Positions 12,256 to 24,296 of a stretch of DNA of 64,000 nucleotides are shown one piece after another; the first letter of the stretch is position 1; every line of letters starts with the position of its first letter. The DNA comes from Camelus ferus. Lineage: Eukaryota. The notes below the pieces were generated by a model. The model was given only the letters and a program-made list of their open reading frames with translations, was not told the origin of the DNA and did no database searches. The stretch covers positions 98,644,001 through 98,708,000 of the forward strand of contig NC_045696.1 in NCBI RefSeq assembly GCF_009834535.1, given 5' to 3'. Made by a program: the position numbers and the translations under genes.

Positions 12256-13679
12256 CAAAATATGAGGATAAGAGGATGGTAGTGGAGTATGTTTAGGGTT
12301 GTAACAGTGATTCGTAACTGGGGGTGGCTCAAATTATTCTCTTGTACATGGCAGAAAGAATACTTCTGGATTTTGCCCCCAGTTTCGCTGGTCCACCTCC
12401 TTCTTTAAAATGTCATTAGTCCCAGGATCATAGCCTTATCTCCATATTTAAATCAATGCCTAAAGTTGAAAATATTTTTTCAATGCTTTCTTTCACCCTA
12501 TTTACAACAAGTATGAAACATGTAAAACACTCTTATTTTTAACAATTTCTTCACTTCTTCTGATAGTTGAAACACACACGCATAGACATATGTGTGTATA
12601 TATATATGAAATGTGATGTAAACAATCGGACTCCTGATTCCTCTTCCAAGACTGATTCACTGTAATTATCTACCAGTGAATTATTTTCATTCAAATTATG
12701 CAGAACAGTATCTCCAAAACTTATTTGACCATAAAACTTAAAAAATTATAATGTATTTTCCAAACACTCGTGAACTCTAATGCCTGCTTGAATAAAGGAG
12801 AAAGCAAAAAGTTGTCTCATGGAAAAACTAATAGCTTCATGGTCTGACACCAGATTTAATTTATATGTTTAATATACAATAACCACCAGATACATCGTAC
12901 ATACACAGTTTGAATCAGCAGTCATCTACAAGATGACATACGATGAGATGGTTACTGGAAGGGGTTGGCTGTGTGTAGCTGGACAGCTGGGTTGCCATGC
13001 CTTTATTCAAAGCTCAGCAGTTTTCTAGCCTTCTCTGAGGTGGCAGACCTCACACAATTTTTGCATAAAAATAATTATCTAGATCTATGTAATTTTTGAA
13101 CCCATCTATATGCTACTTTTTAGAAAAACAATGTTCCTAATGTCAGGTTCCCTTGCACTTTTGTTTGTTTGTTTCTTTTTCCAGAATGCACATTGATACC
13201 ACACAGAGCAGGGTTTGGGAAAAGCTAGTCTCACTTCTCTCCCTTTGCTGCCTCTAGTCACGACTCTCAGGCGGGGGTTTTGTAAATGGAGAATTTGCAC
13301 GTGACTGTATTTATCTCTGGCTGCCCTCCAAAATGAAATATAAATTGTGTCTGCATAATCATGTCCTTTGTTCCTTTCCACTGGCTTGTATTACTGACAG
13401 CGTTCTGGGGGCGGAGTTTACCAACGACAGAATGATAACATCATGCCAACTTTTAGTCACGTATACAGTAAACTTCTTTTTAAAAAAGTGTCACACTTGG
13501 GAACACAAATACAAAGACTGGATTCCCACGTGCAAAGTGAATAGAAACGATTTCTTGAGAGTGCAGAGCCACTAAACAGAAAAGGAAAATTTGGATTTGG
13601 ATAATTGAGCTCATCTTTAGCAACAAAACGTGACTCAACAGTCTTACCTTGCTCTCTGCCTGCCTAACATCTTCTTACT

Positions 13680-13940
13680 CCTTCTCTTAGACTTCCTTTC
13701 CGGACACCCAAGGTCAGATTAACTGTGTCTCCACTGTGCTCCCTAACACACTCCAATTTTTCAGTCGCATCACTTTGTCCGACCCTAATGTGCTTTCCTC
13801 TTTGTTTTGGTGTATTTACTGCTGGATTGTAAAATCCTGATGGACAGAGATGATTTCTCCAGTTCACTGTTGTATTGCTGGTGCCTCACATGGTAGGTGG
13901 TGCATAGAATGTGCTCAATAAATATTTGGGAAATTAATGG
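13680..13940 (+). mobile_element. L2 3' end
   Basis: ctggattgtaaaatcctgatggacagag...gtgcctcacatgg...gtgctcaataaatatttg. Confidence 0.75.
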
Positions 13941-13960
13941 GTGTTCTGTCTCTTATACTT

Positions 13961-13996
13961 TGTGTGTGTGTGTGTGTGTGTGTGTCTGTGTGTGTG
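13961..13996. repeat. (TG)n microsatellite
   Basis: Directly visible. Confidence 0.95.
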
Positions 13997-14596
13997 AAGA
14001 AAAATACAGACCCAGAATTAACAATTATAAGAAGGTAATGTCTCAAATGATAATTCTAGTGCTGGTAACATTGAAGAATACAATGTCCGTCATCTTCTGA
14101 TGTCTTTATACATTGTCTTGATACTTGTGAATATTAGGTTGGCTGAAAATTTCAGTGCTTAGTTTTCCTAAAATTAGTATTGAATAATGTCAGCACAATT
14201 AGATTTCAGCCATACACATGCTTTGTTGAAATATCCATTTTTCCTTCCCCTTTCTTCCTCCTTCCTTTCTGTTTTGTTTTCATTGAGTTCTCATTTAGGA
14301 AATATTTTTTGGCTATCAAATAGTTAAATTCTGGGCAGCACTGCTGAGTTTGGATTCTATGTGGTTGATGTTCTTATTACTAATTTTAAAGAGACTGATG
14401 CTATATAGCTACCATTGTGAAATGCAATTGTAATTTTTTCCATTTTATTATTTTTTCAGGTGCACCCTTGAATATCTTAGATACTTCTCTTAGAATAGAA
14501 TGTACAATGCTATACTGTATACTGTAGGTGATGGATCTCTAAGGGACTTAAAAATGGTGTAGTCCACTATGATAATAGTGGGAAAGACTTAATCCA

Positions 14597-15051
14597 TGTA
14601 TTAGTCAGGGCTCTCCAGAGAAACAGTAGCAATAGCATGGATGGATAGTTGATTGATAGATAGATAGATGGATAGATAGATAGATAGATAAGAGAGATTT
14701 TAAGGAATAATTGACTCATGTAATTGTGAAGACTGACAAGTCCAAAATCTGCCGAGTAGGCTGGCAGACTAAAATCCCAGCAAAGAGTTGATGCTGCAAC
14801 TCAAATCTGAAGGCAGTCTGCTGGCAGAAATCCCTTTTATTTGAGGGAGGTCAGTCTTTTTCAATTTAGACCTTCAATTGATTATAAGGCCCACCCAAAT
14901 CATGGAGAACAATATGCTTTACTCAAAGTTTACCGATTTAAATGTTAAACTCATATAAAGAATATTTTCACATAAACATATAGAATGATCTTTGAACAAA
15001 CATCTAGGTACTGTGACCTAGCCAAGCTGACACATTAAATTAACCATCATA
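14597..15051 (-). mobile_element. ERVL solo LTR, MLT2D-like, with internal (GATA)n
   Basis: tgtattagtcagggctctccagagaaacag...tagccaagctgacacattaaattaaccatcata; 5-bp TSD atcca/gtcca. Confidence 0.9.
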
Positions 15052-17145
15052 GTCCATGTAATACATCACTTCTCTTTCAACATACCTAACAGACATGAAC
15101 AGTTTAGAAGGGCAAAGCTGTAATGGGAATCCTGGTTGGGATTTCTTCCACCAGAGCAAGGAGTATTTGGGGATCAATAGTCAGCAAACAGGACTGGTAG
15201 TTTTCACAATTAAATTTGGAACGGGCTATGCCATCAGCCTGTGTGGTTGTAGGTATTCATTTAAGTTGTTCTAAAACAGTACATTGGTTTTCTCATTATC
15301 AAAAATAACTATAAATTCACAGAGATGTGGTAAGCGGCATACACATTATAGAATACAATTATTCCAATTGACTAGTTATTTCTGTGATAAATGTAGAGAA
15401 CCTGATATTGGTTATTGGAAATGGAACACGAGAGGCTAGAAGCTGGCTCTAAATTTAGAGTATAAGATCTAATTGGGTTCTAAATTTGACAAAATGGTTG
15501 CTCCCTGTCCCCACTCAATGATGAGTGCTTAAAGAGCCATAAACTACATACACACTACATTTTCTTTTATGTTCGTAAGTACACCAATTGCTTTTTATCC
15601 ATGTTTGAATTCTCCCACAAAGCACAAAGAATTCTTGTAGAAATATTTGTCCACATGAGAAAGGAAAGTCCCATGGTTTTGCCATGTGGAAAGACAGGCG
15701 GCCATCTGGAAGGGGTCTACGTCTGCATATCGTGGATGAGAATGGCCTTCCCTGACGATAAACAAAGTGTCCAAAGAACTTGTCAAGGAGCTTGTCATAA
15801 AGAAGACCAGGTGCTCACAATACCACACAAGAAAGAGACTTTACAGTGGGATCTGTTCTCTCCTTGATGCGTGCAAGCTTCATTGTGGATAATGGGAATT
15901 GCATGTGTATTTTCAGAACTCACTATGCTGTGTGAACTGCAAACGAAAAGAAAACACAGGCATGAGATTTGTTTAAAAAAAATTTAAGAAGAAGGAAAAA
16001 AAAAGAAATAAAAGAGACCCAAAACATTATGCTTCTGTACTCCTATGGTGATAATAAAAACTGTGGATTCTGAAAATGAAAGCATGTACTTTTTAAAGAA
16101 ACTAAATGCAGCTACGTGCCCTCCCAGCTATGTGTAAGCTCAGATGCGAAAGCATATTTGACAACTGGTACTTTAGCTATTCATTTGCTTCCATAAAACA
16201 GTAGGTACATTGCATGGGGGGGGGTACATTTTCTTTTTAGTTATTTATTTTCAATGATTTAAAAATATTATAATTATAAATTCTGGAATTAATGTAACTG
16301 TACAAATATAAACTTTTTTTTTTCTATGTAGAGACCAGAAAATACAGACTATGGTAAGCATTTCTATATTAAACTATCCTTCAAGTAAAAATAGTAGTCA
16401 GATAGTATCAGCATGTATTCAATATTACAGCTTTAGGCAATAGTTGATAAGAATATGAATTAATTGCTATTAAAACAGGTAACATCAAAAACTCAAATAA
16501 GGATTGTGTTTTTTTGATGTACATAAAATTTTGGGAATGAGTAAATATTTTGAATTCTTGCCACATAGCTAAATACAAATTCATAGCATAGATCAAAATC
16601 TTGCAAAAAAATTCTTGGCAAAACAATAAAACAAAACAAAGAAAGACCCAGAAAATATTGAATCAGTCCCATTAAAGACAATAAATAGACTGCAAATAGA
16701 AATTGCTTTATTTCCAAGTCAATTCATTTTGGCAAACTGCATGATAACATAATGTCTTTTATATGGTGCTGAAAGAATAGTTTTCACTTTGAGTCATGAA
16801 TAGACCCGTTCCTAATGATTAACATTTACTACATGATAGTTAATATTCATAATAGAGCAGATCTGGATTCTGCAATGTAATTTAATCAAATGCCATGAGC
16901 AGTTTCTAGTTTTTTCTATTTTGAACTGACCAACATCCAATTATCCCTGTGTGTGGTTTCTGTGTACAAAGGGAAGATAGTTTCTCTTTCACATTGCCAC
17001 CATGGTCCCTGGGGCTCTGAGAATTAAGAGCACAGCTACAACTTAGATTTGTCTGGGCAATTAATAATTCTGGAACTTATCCAGTCCTACTGGACAGATT
17101 TTCCAATTGCTAGGTGCTTAACAATAAAGTTGATGCAGATAACTC

Positions 17146-17372
17146 TGATGATGACATTTATAGCCTGCTCTATGCTGTACATAAACCTCTGTTCCTTCTC
17201 CCAATAATCCTACTATGTACTCCCAGCAAAATGCCTATTATAGATGAGGAAACTGGGCTCAGAAAAGCTAAATAACTTTTCCAAGATAGCAAAGCTAGAA
17301 AGGGTCTGAATGACTAAGTCCAAGAATCTGTGACCCTATAATGTACATTTTTATCCATTTACCCTACTGCCT
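17146..17372 (-). mobile_element. MIR
   Basis: tatagatgaggaaactgggctcaga...aataactttt...ccaag. Confidence 0.75.
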
Positions 17373-18619
17373 ATCTTTTGTGAATAAATGCGTATTTTAT
17401 AATTAAGAAACTGTCTTAGAGGTTGTCAAATAAAAATTTAATATGCCACAATGAATAATTTTTTACACAAAAAGAAAAAATATTTTTCATATGTATTTCG
17501 TGACATAACATCTTAATTTTACCATTGTCCAAATAAATTAAAGCCACTATGACAAAACACATAATAGCTTTGTTATATTTAAAAATATAACATAATGATT
17601 AAAAATTTTATTGCAGTTGAAAACTCTTTTAAAATGCACATGTCACCAAATATGTATGCATTGTGTGTGTGGGTATAGAATGCTTCAGCATATTTTGAAT
17701 TCTGGAATTAGAGGGTGTCTATTAAATTAGGACATCAAAGAGCATCAAAGTACCAAGTTATTTTGCTGTCTCAGCCACTATCTAAATCCATCATCAGAAA
17801 TAACAATGTGCTAATATTACCAAGGTTCTGGGGCATTTATTTCCTGACCAAATGCTCCATATTTTATAGTTGCCTATAAGCGTGTAAGTATTAGTAGCTT
17901 TTGCTAGCAGAATGGATGCTAGGTGCTTAATTTTTTTTTCCCAAAGTTTTTGAAATAGAAAAGAAAACTTCCTTCTGTTTGATTCAAATTGGGTTTCCAG
18001 ATGTGCAGGGTCAAAGGTTGGAAATAAAAGTATCAAGTTTTGGCCTGCTCTAACCAGACAGCAGGCCCAAATGCACGAGAGCTTTCCCAGAGGGAGTCCT
18101 TTTGTAGTTTTATTTTTTCTCTTGCCTCTCCTGGTAAGGGGTCCATATTCACTATGCTGAACTATGCCATTCTAATTCCACCTTGTAACTCATCTGCGCC
18201 TTCTTTTGTATTTATTCTTTGGGAACTGACTGCACTGTGAACCCTTAAAATGCTTGTTATAAGTGCATAAATTGGGAAAGATGCTAATTTTCCCCTTCCT
18301 GAGTTTGACTTGCCACGTTCTAGTTGGTAACATTCGACGTTCTCTTTTCTTTGTTAACTAACTAATAAAATAAGATGAGAGATAGACGGTGAACTAACAG
18401 AAAAATAGAGACATCATGAACTTGATTCTTTTTTGAGCTGCTGAATGGTTGATCTTTAACAATTACTTTACATTTTAAGAATAATTTTTTTTGTTGGTGG
18501 TGGTATATATTAAGAAAATATCTAGAAATTGAAATTTACCAGGAAATTTCTTAAAGGATTCCTTTCAAAGACTTGAATTAGGATGTCAACTTGAAATTTC
18601 ATATTACCAAAAATAAACC

Positions 18620-19470
18620 TGGATTTCCCAGTATGTATAAAAGTATGTTTACACTATGCTGTAGTCTGTAAAGTGTGCAATAGCACTGTGTCTAAAAAAA
18701 AAAAGTACAGGATTAAAGGAAAATACCTTATTCTAAAAAGTGCTAACCATCATCTGAGCCTTCAAAGAGTCAGAATCTTTTTGCTAGTAAAGGATTTTGC
18801 CTCAATGTTGATGGCTGCTGACTGATCAGGGTGGTGGTTGCTGAAGACTGGGGTGACTGTTTCTTAAAGTCAGAAGTAAACTTGGCCGCATTGATTGACT
18901 TGTTTTCACAGACAATTTCTATAGCGTGCAAAGCTGTCTGACAGCATTTAGCCACAGTAGGACTACTTTCAAGGTTGGAGTCAGTCTTCTCAAATCCTGT
19001 TATTGCTCTTGAACTAAGTTTATGTAATATTCTAAATTGTTTGTTGTCATTTCAACAATAATCACAGCGTATTCACTAGGAGTAGATTCCAACTCCAGAA
19101 ACTGCTTTCTTTGCTCATCCACAACAAGCAACTCCTCATCCTTTAAACTTTATCATGAGATCACAGTGATTCAGTCACATCTTCAGGCTCCATGTCTAAT
19201 TCTAGTTCTCTTGCAATCTCCACGATATCTTCAATTATTTCCTCCACTGAAGTCTTGACCTCTCAAAATCATTCATGAGATTTAGAATCATCTTCTTCCA
19301 AACTCCTATTAATGTTGGTATTTTGACCTCTTCCTGTGAATCACGAATGTTCTTAATGGCATCTCGAGTGGTGAATCAATTTCCAGGTCTCAGATCCGTC
19401 AGCGGGTTTGCTACCTATGGCAGCTAAAGCCTTAAAAAATGTATTTCTTAAATAAAAAAACTTGGAAGTC
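18620..19470 (-). mobile_element. Tigger1 (TcMar-pogo) 3' fragment with a degraded transposase C-terminus
   Basis: ORF 18770-18955(-) contains SATTTLISQQPSTLRQNPLLAKR, matching the Tigger1 transposase end; DNA motif gatggctgctgactgatcagggtggtggttgctgaag. Confidence 0.9.
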
Positions 19471-19941
19471 TCAGGGATGGAGACTATGTTTGGGGATATT
19501 TTCATGTGTACTGCTGGAGGGTGAAGGGTGGGCGATCACAGATAATTAACACTGGTGGCCTCTATTTTCTCTGTCAAGTATGAAGGAGAAAAGAAAGTTA
19601 CAATTAGGAGTTCATGGTGGGAAATGACCTTGGGTGTCAGGTCTCTAATTCCACAGAGCCAGGTACCTTCGTTTTTAGAGAGAATCCTGTGGAAGAGCCA
19701 AGTGTTTCCATTCTGAGAGCAGAAGACTGAGGAGATGAAGGAGCAGGCTCTCATATCCAGCGCAGGGCGGCAGTCCCGAATCTCTATCCCTCATCCCCTA
19801 CAAGTCCAGCCTGACCGCTGTCCAGGTTCACCGCATTACAAAGCCCGTTGTGTTTCCTCGAGGTCTTCAATCCCCTTCTATCTTCTGAGTCCTTTCCTTA
19901 TCCTCCACTGTAGATTAAAAATAAAACAAACACAAACCACC

Positions 19942-20511
19942 TGTATTAATTTTCTATTGCTGTGTAACAAATTACCACAAACTCAGCAGCTTGGAAGGAA
20001 TACAGTCTCACTGTCTTCTAACCTAGCAGGGCAGGACGCGGTTCTCTGCCCCGGGTCTCACGTGACTGACCTCAAGCTGTCGGCCAGGACTGCCATCTCA
20101 TCTGAGGCTCTGGATTCCCTCCCAAACTTATTTAGCCTTTGTCAACATTTAGTTCTTTGAGGAGGAGGACTGGGATGCCTATTTTCTTGATGGCTGATGA
20201 TTAGGGGCTGTTTCTAGAGGCTGCCTGCAGTTCCTGGCCAGTGACCCCTCCCCCTCCCACCTATAGGCTGTTCACAAAGTGAATGTTTGGTTTCTTCCAG
20301 GCCATTTGGAGCACATCTCTTCGACTTCTTTTCAGATCAACTCTGCTTTCAAGAGGCTTTCTGATTAGGTCAGAATCACCAGGATAATTTCTCTTGAACC
20401 ATATAAGACACCATAATCACGAGAGGGACACACTGTATTGACATCTAAATTGGAGAGGATTATATATGGGTGAGACTCATTGGGAGCCATCTTAGAATTC
20501 TACCTTCTGCA
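19942..20511 (-). mobile_element. MaLR solo LTR, MLT1E-like
   Basis: tgtattaattttctattgctgtgtaacaaattaccacaaactcagcagctt...gccatcttagaattctaccttctgca; TSD ccacc/acacc. Confidence 0.85.
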
Positions 20512-20749
20512 ACACCCAAATCAAGTCAAATCAAATCAAAACAGCCTTTCTTTGTACTTTTCTTTCCTGTTTCCCTTTACTACTGTATGTAAGCTAGTAC
20601 TTACATTTACTGCTTTCTCTAGTTTCTCAACTCTCATTCCAAAGTAGACTTTCCAAAGTAGCTTTAAAAATTAAAAAAAAAACAAAAAAAACCTGTTCTA
20701 AACCTGTATACCCTATTGCCCACTAACCATCTCCATTCAGATCATCCTC

Positions 20750-21560
20750 AAAAACATCATGTCTGAATATGAACGTGTCTCTTCCCTCCCTGTCTCTTCT
20801 CTTATTTACCTAATATAAATAATAGACCCATCAACTATCTTTTCTTCCAAGGTGGAATCCTGAAATCATACTTGACTGTCTGCACCTTTATTTCCCCTTT
20901 TAGGTAGTCATTAGGTCCTGACAATCTTACTTGGAAATGAACTGAATCTGGTCTCTTTTTAAACAGTCTGCCCATTATTATTATTTTTATTAAAGTATAG
21001 TTGATTTACAATATTAAATTATTTTCAGATATACAGCATAGTGATTCAGTATTTTTACAGATTAAACTCCATTAAAATTTGTAACAAGATAATGGTTATA
21101 ATTCCCTGTGCTATACAATATGTCATTATTGCTTATCTATTTTATACACAGAGAATATTACACTTAGTGAAATAAGTCAGGCAGAGAAAGACAAATACTG
21201 AAAGATACCACTTATATGTGAACTCTAAAAAAATAATACAAATGAGAGTATATGCAAAAAAGAAACAGACTCACAGATATAGAAAACAAACTATGGTTAC
21301 CAAAAGCAGGGGTTGGGGTGCAAAATTCAGGTATGGGATTAAGAGATACAGATGACAGTGTATAAAATAGATAAGCAACAAGGTCTGCCCATTATTTTGG
21401 TTCAGCTCCTCTTTCACATGTGAGCAGCCTAGTTTCTGCTTATCCAACCATTTGCAGTTACTTCTGTCCATCCTCCAAACTGCTGTTCCTTGCTCTCTCC
21501 CTAAGTATGGAAATGTCCAACAAACGAATGGTTTGAGGACCCTTTGAAAATTCAAAATCC
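20750..21560 (+). mobile_element. L2 fragment interrupted by the inverted L1
   Basis: aacatcatgtctgaatatgaac...ggaatcctgaaatcatacttgact; continues after 21396 as ggttcagctcct...tccatcctccaaactgctg. Confidence 0.55.
20980..21382 (-). mobile_element. 5'-truncated, 5'-inverted (twin-primed) L1 3' UTR insertion
   Basis: Antisense L1 tail at 20980-21150 joined to sense L1 3' UTR at 21151-21382; perfect 14-bp TSD gtctgcccattatt at 20966-20979 and 21383-21396. Confidence 0.9.
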
Positions 21561-23479
21561 ACAATCATAACACCACAATTTATATAATTGATAAAGGATA
21601 GGCAGTCATAATATACCATTCCTTGAAATCTGATTAGATCAATCATTAAAAAAAGTCACACTATTATAAATCTCCCAAATCATTTGATGTGCTTATTTCT
21701 ACAATTTTGGTACCTTTCAAAATATCAACAAGAATCAATTAAATAGATTAAACATGCTGCTGATTATTACAGCTAAACCCAATTCTACTCCCAATTCACC
21801 TCCTCATCCAATATGTAATAGAGGGGGAAAATATTGATTTTAATTACTTTTTCATGTCTTGGTTAAATCTTTACCATGAAAATATTCCCCCTTGATGTTT
21901 TTCCAAAACTCCATCCACCCACTGCTAAGCCGTGTTTTGTTTCAAAATGCCCTTTTACATGATCTTACCCTGTTTGGCGGTGTTGCTCTTCCACGAACAT
22001 GTTCCACAGCCATCCTCCCCCTAACCCCAGTTCCTCTCTTTGATCTTGTAGTAATCATTATCACCTTGCTCGCATTAATTAGCTTGTTCTACGAGAAGCA
22101 ATGATTCATCCTCAGGGAACCCAGTGTTCTTCTGAAGGTAGGACACTGGCTGACTTGGATACATTTCCTGGAACAAGGAAAAGACATTAAAGAATATCAC
22201 ATATTTAGGATCTCAGTCCCACTACATATTTCCCAAACTCTAACACAGTGTTTTTCAAGACTGAATACTGATTAACTTTGAGACTTATGGAGATGGACAT
22301 CTGTATTTTAAAATCATGTAATGGTTAGGGTTTGGGAATTTTAAAGCTATTAAAAAGTTAACTCAACCCTGTTTGTGTTCAGCTACAGTCCTCTTTGGGG
22401 CATGCCATTTACACGGTAGAAATATTTTCTAGATAAGTCAACTCTGGTAGGACAAAGTACTAAACATTGCTGGATAATGTTTTAAAAACCCTCAGGCCAC
22501 CAGCAGGCTTAAAATGGGTTTGTGTCTCATATCTTTGCTTTCAAAGTGCTGCAGTGACTTTACATATATTTTTCTGGTAATTTAGATCTCATTGAGCTGG
22601 AGACTTCACAGTGAAAACCTTTAATAATCTTGAAGAAAAATAACAGTTTGGTACACTAGGAAAGCCTTTTTCTTTTACTCTCCCTGCACATTAAATCTAA
22701 TAAATTAATCTCAGCTCTTTGCTAAAAAAAAAATCTCTAACCAGAAGTTTTTGCATTTGCTTCTGGAATAAAAATGCAAAATGATATGAAACACTTGAGA
22801 AGTATTCGGTGTTTCAAACTGTTTCTTACATGACACAATTTAAACTTCAAAGAAATGGTGATTTATTCAATAAAACAAGTTGTGTGGTTTTGAACGATGG
22901 CTCAAAGGACCTGTGCTGGTCCATGATTTCCCTTAAATCATGGATGGTCTTATCTTAATTTGAGAGCTTGAATAAATTTTTCCCCCATTTGTAGCCTTTA
23001 GTCAGTTCGGTTTTAATATCGTATTTCTTAAGAGGTGACTAAAAGATTTTCTTTAAAAATTGTCAATATATTGACACTGATATGTGACATGTGAAAGAAT
23101 TGTCTTTTGAAGTGGAGTTAATAGCCAGTTTCACTGAAAATCAGCACCAGTTTGAAAGAAATATCTGAGCCAATTTTCCAAATGGAAATTTCAATAGGAA
23201 AGAAAAAACAATCTGTGGGAACACATACTTTTTTAAATATTAAAAATATTATTTTACTATATATTGTACTGTGGCTTACTTAAATCACTTTCTTAGATGA
23301 TTAGATTCAAATGATGATAATTTTCTTCAAAAACATTATTAAAATTATTTACCAAACCTTTGCTTATGGAAGGCGTTTACTAAAACCAGTCAAAGCTAGT
23401 TAGAAAGATAATCCATGAACACTGAGAATTAATGAGTCAACAAAAATTTCCAAGGCTGTTATAAAAAAAAAAAATCACT

Positions 23480-23690
23480 GAAATGTTTAGAACACATACT
23501 ATGTGATAGGCACTGTTCTCTCTGTTTAATTATTTTTAATTACATACTGTTATATACAAAATTGGATTTTTCAGATGAGGAAAAAGAAGCACAGAGGCTG
23601 TGCCTTGTCTAAATCTATTGTCTGATGTCTCACAGTTAATAAGTGAAAGTTAGGATTCAAACTCAGAGTCAATGACCATAACCATTATGG
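23480..23690 (-). mobile_element. MIR
   Basis: tactatgtgataggcactgttct...ttttcagatgaggaaaaagaagcacagag...ggattcaaactcag. Confidence 0.75.
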
Positions 23691-24270
23691 GACACAACCT
23701 TCAGAGAATCAACTGACTTGATGGAAGTCTGTAGCTATTTTTAAGTGTTGGCTTTAAAGAGATCACACCATATTGGTGTATATGTATAGACACAGACAGA
23801 AACTGGCAGTAGAAAACCAGAAAAGAGAAGGGACAACTATACACGTTTTACTTGCTAAGGATACATGAGAATCTGGGGAAAAGCTGTATTAGTGTTTTAG
23901 AATCAAAAATTTCTAAAACCATACTAATGAATGCATTTATTTTAATTTGACAGTGATACTTTGTCGTCTAATTTAAATATACCCTTTGTATTTAATTGAT
24001 ACCTAATTTATTATATATATTTACCTCCGCTAAGAAGGCTTCTGATCTTTCTAAAATGAATATTTTATTCCTTTAAGCACATTTTAAAAAATTTTATGTA
24101 ATTTTTCTACTTTTCTGTGAATAGTAACATCAAAATCTTGTAGAATGTTAACAGAATAAAAATAAAATTGAGCTGTTAGCCAGACAAAGGGCTTTATACA
24201 TTAGTCACTATCATGCAAAGATCAGAAAGCAATTTTTCCAAGAACAAAAATTGCCCTCTTTCCTATAGTA

Positions 24271-24296
24271 TGACTCAGATGCTGAGCTATAAATAG
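24271..24296. promoter_or_regulatory. Adjacent AP-1 and MEF2 consensus sites
   Basis: TGACTCA at 24271-24277 and CTATAAATAG at 24287-24296, in sequence with no recognisable repeat. Confidence 0.4.

Noticed and set aside
15641..15755. Possible terminal coding exon (NICPHEKGKSHGFAMWKDRRPSGRGLRLHIVDENGLP*) with downstream AATAAA
   Set aside because: Poor polypyrimidine tract, peptide not recognised, and AATAAA is common in this AT-rich DNA
18770..19258. ORFs resembling a pogo/TIGD-type transposase
   Set aside because: Frameshifted Tigger1 fragment with no intact DDE ORF, so not a domesticated gene
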